Shown here: piece after piece, positions 60,459 through 64,000 of the stretch
How positions within the stretch are numbered: the stretch's first letter is position 1
Layout: every line of letters starts with the position of its first letter
Position numbers and translations under genes: made by a program
From: an uncultured Chloroflexia bacterium
GTDB taxonomy: Bacteria; Chloroflexota; Limnocylindria; Limnocylindrales; CSP1-4
NCBI GenBank assembly: GCA_963774695.1
Contig: CAVZFY010000028.1
Coordinates: 4,602-68,601 of the forward strand
DNA: 64,000 nucleotides
Direction of reading: 5' to 3'
The notes under the pieces: generated by a model
What the model was told of the DNA's origin: nothing
Databases searched by the model: none
What the model saw: the letters and a program-made list of their open reading frames with translations, nothing else

Positions 60459-63035
60459 CTAGAGGACGATGTTGACGAGCCTGCCGCCGCCCGCGTGGAT
60501 GACCCGCCGCGGCTGCTTGCCGTCCAGCGCCGCGACGACCTTGTCGCGCGCCAGCACGATCTGCTCGAGCTCGATCTCCGAGATGCCGGTCGGGACGGTG
60601 ACCTTGTCCCGCAGCTTGCCGTTGACCTGGATCGGGACCTCGTGGGTCGCGTCGACGATCACCGACTCGTCGAGCATCGGCCACTGGGCGGTGTGGATCG
60701 ACGACCAGGCCTCGCCGCGGGCGTCCGCGAGGCGCGACCACAGCTCCTCGCTGATGTGCGGCGCCGCGGGCGCGAGCATCAGCAGCAGCAGCCTGACGGC
60801 CTCGTCCCACTCGGGCAGCCCGGCGACCGACGTGCCGCGGTAGCGCCAGAGGACGTTCGACGAGCTCCATGAGCTTGGCGACCATCGTGTTCCAGCGGAA
60901 GCCCTCGAAGTCCTCGGTGACGTCGTGGAGCGTGCGGTGCGCCGCGGAGCGCATGTGCGACCGCGCGTCGTGCTCGGTCTCGCCGGCGGGCAGCGCGCCG
61001 CCCGTCTGGTCGCCGGCGTCGCGCCCGTGCGGGTCGAGCACGGTCGCCCAGACGCGGTTGAGGAACTTGTGGACGCCGCCGATGCCGCTCGGGCTCCACG
61101 GCCCGCCCTGGTCCCACGGCCCCATGAACATCAGGAACAGGCGCACGGTGTCCGCGCCGTAGCGCGCGACGAGCTCGTCCGGGTCCTGGACGTTGCCCCG
61201 GCTCTTGCTCATCCGCTCGCCGTCGGCGCCCAGGATCTGGCCCTGGTTGAACAGCCGCTTGAACGGCTCGCCCTCCTGCACGAGGCCGACGTCGCGCATC
61301 GCCTTGGTCCAGAACCGGCTGTACAGCAGGTGCATCACGGCGTGCTCGGCGCCGCCGGTGTACTGCTGGACGGGCGTCCAGCGCTCGACCATGTCGTCGT
61401 CGACCGGCCCGTCGTCCTTGTGCGGCGACAGGTAGCGGAACCAGTACCACGACGAGTCGACGAACGTGTCCAGCGTGTCCGACTCGCGCCGCGCCGGCCC
61501 GTCGCACGACGGGCACGCGACGTTGAGGAACGCCTCGTCGCGGTTCAGCGGGTTCTCGCCGCTGCCCCGGTAGTCGACGGTGTCCGGCAGCAGCACCGGC
61601 AGCTGGTCCTCGGGCACCGGCACGGCCCCGCACTGCTCGCAGTGGATGACCGGGATCGGGGTGCCCCAGTAGCGCTGGCGGCTGACGAGCCAGTCGCGCA
61701 GGCGGTAGGTGACCGCCGTCGAGCCCTTGCCGTTCTCCGCCAGCCAGCCGACGATCTCGTGCCAGGCCTCGGAGGCCGGGCGACCGGTGAACCGGCCCGA
61801 GTTGACCATGACCTCGTCGACGGTGTGCTCGACGAAGGCCGTCTCGAGCTCCGCGGCTCGGGTCCGCACCCTTCGGCATCACGACGTTGACGATCGGCAG
61901 CCCGAACTTCTTCGCGAACGCGAAGTCGCGCTCGTCGTGGGCCGGGACGGCCATGATCGCGCCGGTCCCGTAGCCGCCGAGCACGTAGTCGGCCACGAAG
62001 ATCGGGATGCGCTCGCCGTTGACGGGGTTGATGGCGTCCGCGCCGATCGGCACGCCCGTCTTCTCGCGATCCGTCGAGAGGCGGTCGATCTCGGTCTTCG
62101 CCGTCGTGGCGGCGACGTAGGCGTCGACCTCCTCGCGCCGGTCCGGCGCCGTCAGCGTCGCGACCAGCGGGTGTTCGGGCGCCAGCACCATGAACGTCGC
62201 CCCGAACAGCGTGTCGGGGCGGGTCGTGAACACGCGCAGCTCCTCGCCGCCCGCGTGGTGCGGCGACGGCGCGGTCTCGAACACGACCTCGGCGCCCGTG
62301 GAGCGGCCGATCCAGTTGGTCTGCATGATCCGGATCGGGTCGGGCCAGTCGATGCCGGAGAAGTCCAGCAGCTCGTCGGCGTAGCTCGTCGTCCGCAGGT
62401 ACCACTGGGCGAGCTCGCGCTTCTCGACCTTGGCGCCGCAGCGCCAGCAGTGGCGGTCCGCGCCCTCGACCTGCTCGCGCGCGAGCGTGCCGTCGTTGGG
62501 GCACCAGTCCACGGGCGAGACCGCGCGGTAGGCGAGGCCGGCGTTGAGGAACTGGATGAACAGCCACTGGTTCCAGCGGTAGTACTCGGGGTCGCAGGTG
62601 ACGACCTCGGCGCTCCAGTCCCAGGCGGCGCCCATCGTGCGGAGCTGGCGGCGCATCGTGCTCGATGTTCGCCATCGTCCACTCGCGCGGGTTGATGTTG
62701 TTCTTGATCGCGGCGTTCTCGGCGGGCAGCCCGAACGCATCGAAGCCCACCGGCATGAACACGTTCTCGCCGCGCATCCGGTGGAAGCGCCCGATCGCGT
62801 CCGTCGGCGTCTTCACGTACCAGTGCCCGATGTGCAGCGAGCCCGACGGGTAGTCGTACATCGTCAGCATGTAGAACTTCGGCCGCGAGCCGTCGTTGAG
62901 GTCCGTCTTGTACAGCCCGAGCTCGTCCCACCGCGCCTGCCAGCGCGGCTCGATGGTGGTCGGGTCGTAGCGCTCGATCCGGTCGCGTCCCCCGCCCGCG
63001 GTCGCGTCGGTCGTGCTGTCGCCTGTCGTCGTCAC
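60459..63035 (-). CDS. leuS: Leucine--tRNA ligase (3 frameshifts: ~62660, ~61870, ~60865)
   Basis: '[11 protein letters not shown]' (HIGH), 'RMSKSRGN' (KMSKS), CP1 editing domain '[12 protein letters not shown]'. Followed through four ORF-track pieces. Confidence 0.95.
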
Positions 63036-63110
63036 GGCTCCCTGCCCTGAGTGAACGAGACCCCCCGCCGGTCCCGGCGAGGGGTCAGTCGGTCGGCGTT
63101 AGTGAGGCGT

Positions 63111-63186
<76 letters not shown>

Positions 63187-63360
63187 ACGCCGGACGGCGA
63201 GTATACCCGGCGCGCACGCTCCTGCAGCACGACCCCACGGCACCGCCCGCGCACTCCCCCGCACCACAACGGTTCTGGTGCGCCCGTACAACGGCGTTGG
63301 GCCCATACCGCTGTATCCTCGGCGAAAGTCGAGAAGCCGGGGGGAACCGGAGGAAGCTCG

Positions 63361-64000
63361 ATGTCGCTGTCCCAGCGGGTGGCGAGAGCCCAGCAGGCGG
63401 CAACCGAAGCGGCGCAGACGACCGCGAAGCCGGGCGGCGGCGGGACGCAGGTCCCCAACCCGCCCGCCGCCGTCGACGGCGCTCGTTCCGATCGCGATCG
63501 CGACGCCGCCGCCCCCGCGCAACGTCGCGCGCGACGAGATGATCCACGACGCCAGGGTCATCCTCCAGACGGAGGTCATCGGCGCCTTCGACACGCTGAT
63601 CGACGCCCCGCCGGCGGAGATCCGGCAGCCGGATCGAGGCGCTGTTCGAGCGGGTCACGACCAAGCACGGGATCGCCGTCAACCGCCTGGAGCGCGAGCG
63701 CCTGATCCAGGAGCTGATCAACGACGTCACGGGCTTCGGTCCGATCGAGCCGCTGCTCAACGACGAGACCATCACCGAGGTGATGGTCAACGGCCCGGAC
63801 CACGTCTACATCGAGCGCAACGGCAAGATCCTGCGGGTCGACACGACGTTCCTCAACGACGAGCACGTGCTCCGGATCATCGACCGGATCATCACGCCGA
63901 TGGGCCGCCGGATCGACGAGACGAGCCCCCGCGTCGACGCGCGCCTCCCGGACGGCTCGCGCGTGAACGCGATCATCGAGCCGCTCTCGCTCATCGGCCC
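63361..64000 (+). CDS. CpaF/TadA-family type II/IV secretion ATPase (Flp/Tad pilus), 5' part; frameshifted; continues beyond the window
   Basis: 'FGPIEPLLNDETITEVMVNGPDHVYIERNGK' and 'RVDARLPDGSRVNAIIEPLS' in the frame reaching 64000. The N-terminus is in ORF 63361..63705. Confidence 0.8.

Overview
Very GC-rich (about 70% or more by eye, not computed) chromosomal segment from a Terrabacteria-type lineage. It looks Actinomycetota-like, but a Chloroflexota- or Dormibacterota-type MAG is not excluded. Most of it is core chromosome: a sulfonate/nitrate-type ABC importer beside an Rrf2 regulator, an LCP cell-wall ligase, MFS and CorA transporters, a LAL/LuxR regulator and citrate synthase. There is a large pentose-phosphate cluster (pgl-opcA-zwf-gnd ... 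rpiB-tkt), pseudouridine catabolism (PfkB kinase, psuG) and an ABC-2 exporter. Further along come pyrG, tal, rho, a LysM/M23 peptidase, obg-nadD-rsfS, holA-(HD)-comEC-comEA, leuS, one tRNA-Ala(GGC) and the 5' part of a CpaF/TadA pilus ATPase. Accessory-looking content: (1) three paralogous modules of an ECF sigma plus a cysteine-free anti-sigma-like partner, two fused to TolB/PD40 beta-propellers and one followed by a tandem-duplicated propeller lipoprotein; (2) an orphan 508-aa protein combining an eCIS/DUF4157-type N-terminal motif, a PG_binding_1 domain and a putative His/Cys protease domain; (3) a 3-blade lectin-like mini-propeller; (4) several small ORFs with strong ribosome-binding sites that are absent from or hidden in the ORF track. 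I saw no rRNA, CRISPR, transposase, integrase or prophage genes. Major caveat: many conserved genes (leuS, pyrG, rho, obg, nadD, tkt, opcA, comEC and others) are interrupted by single-base indels that occur in patches. I reconstructed gene spans by following the conserved protein across frames, so many ORF-track entries (apparent fusions, long antisense ORFs) are artefacts. All family assignments come from motif recognition by eye; no searches were run.
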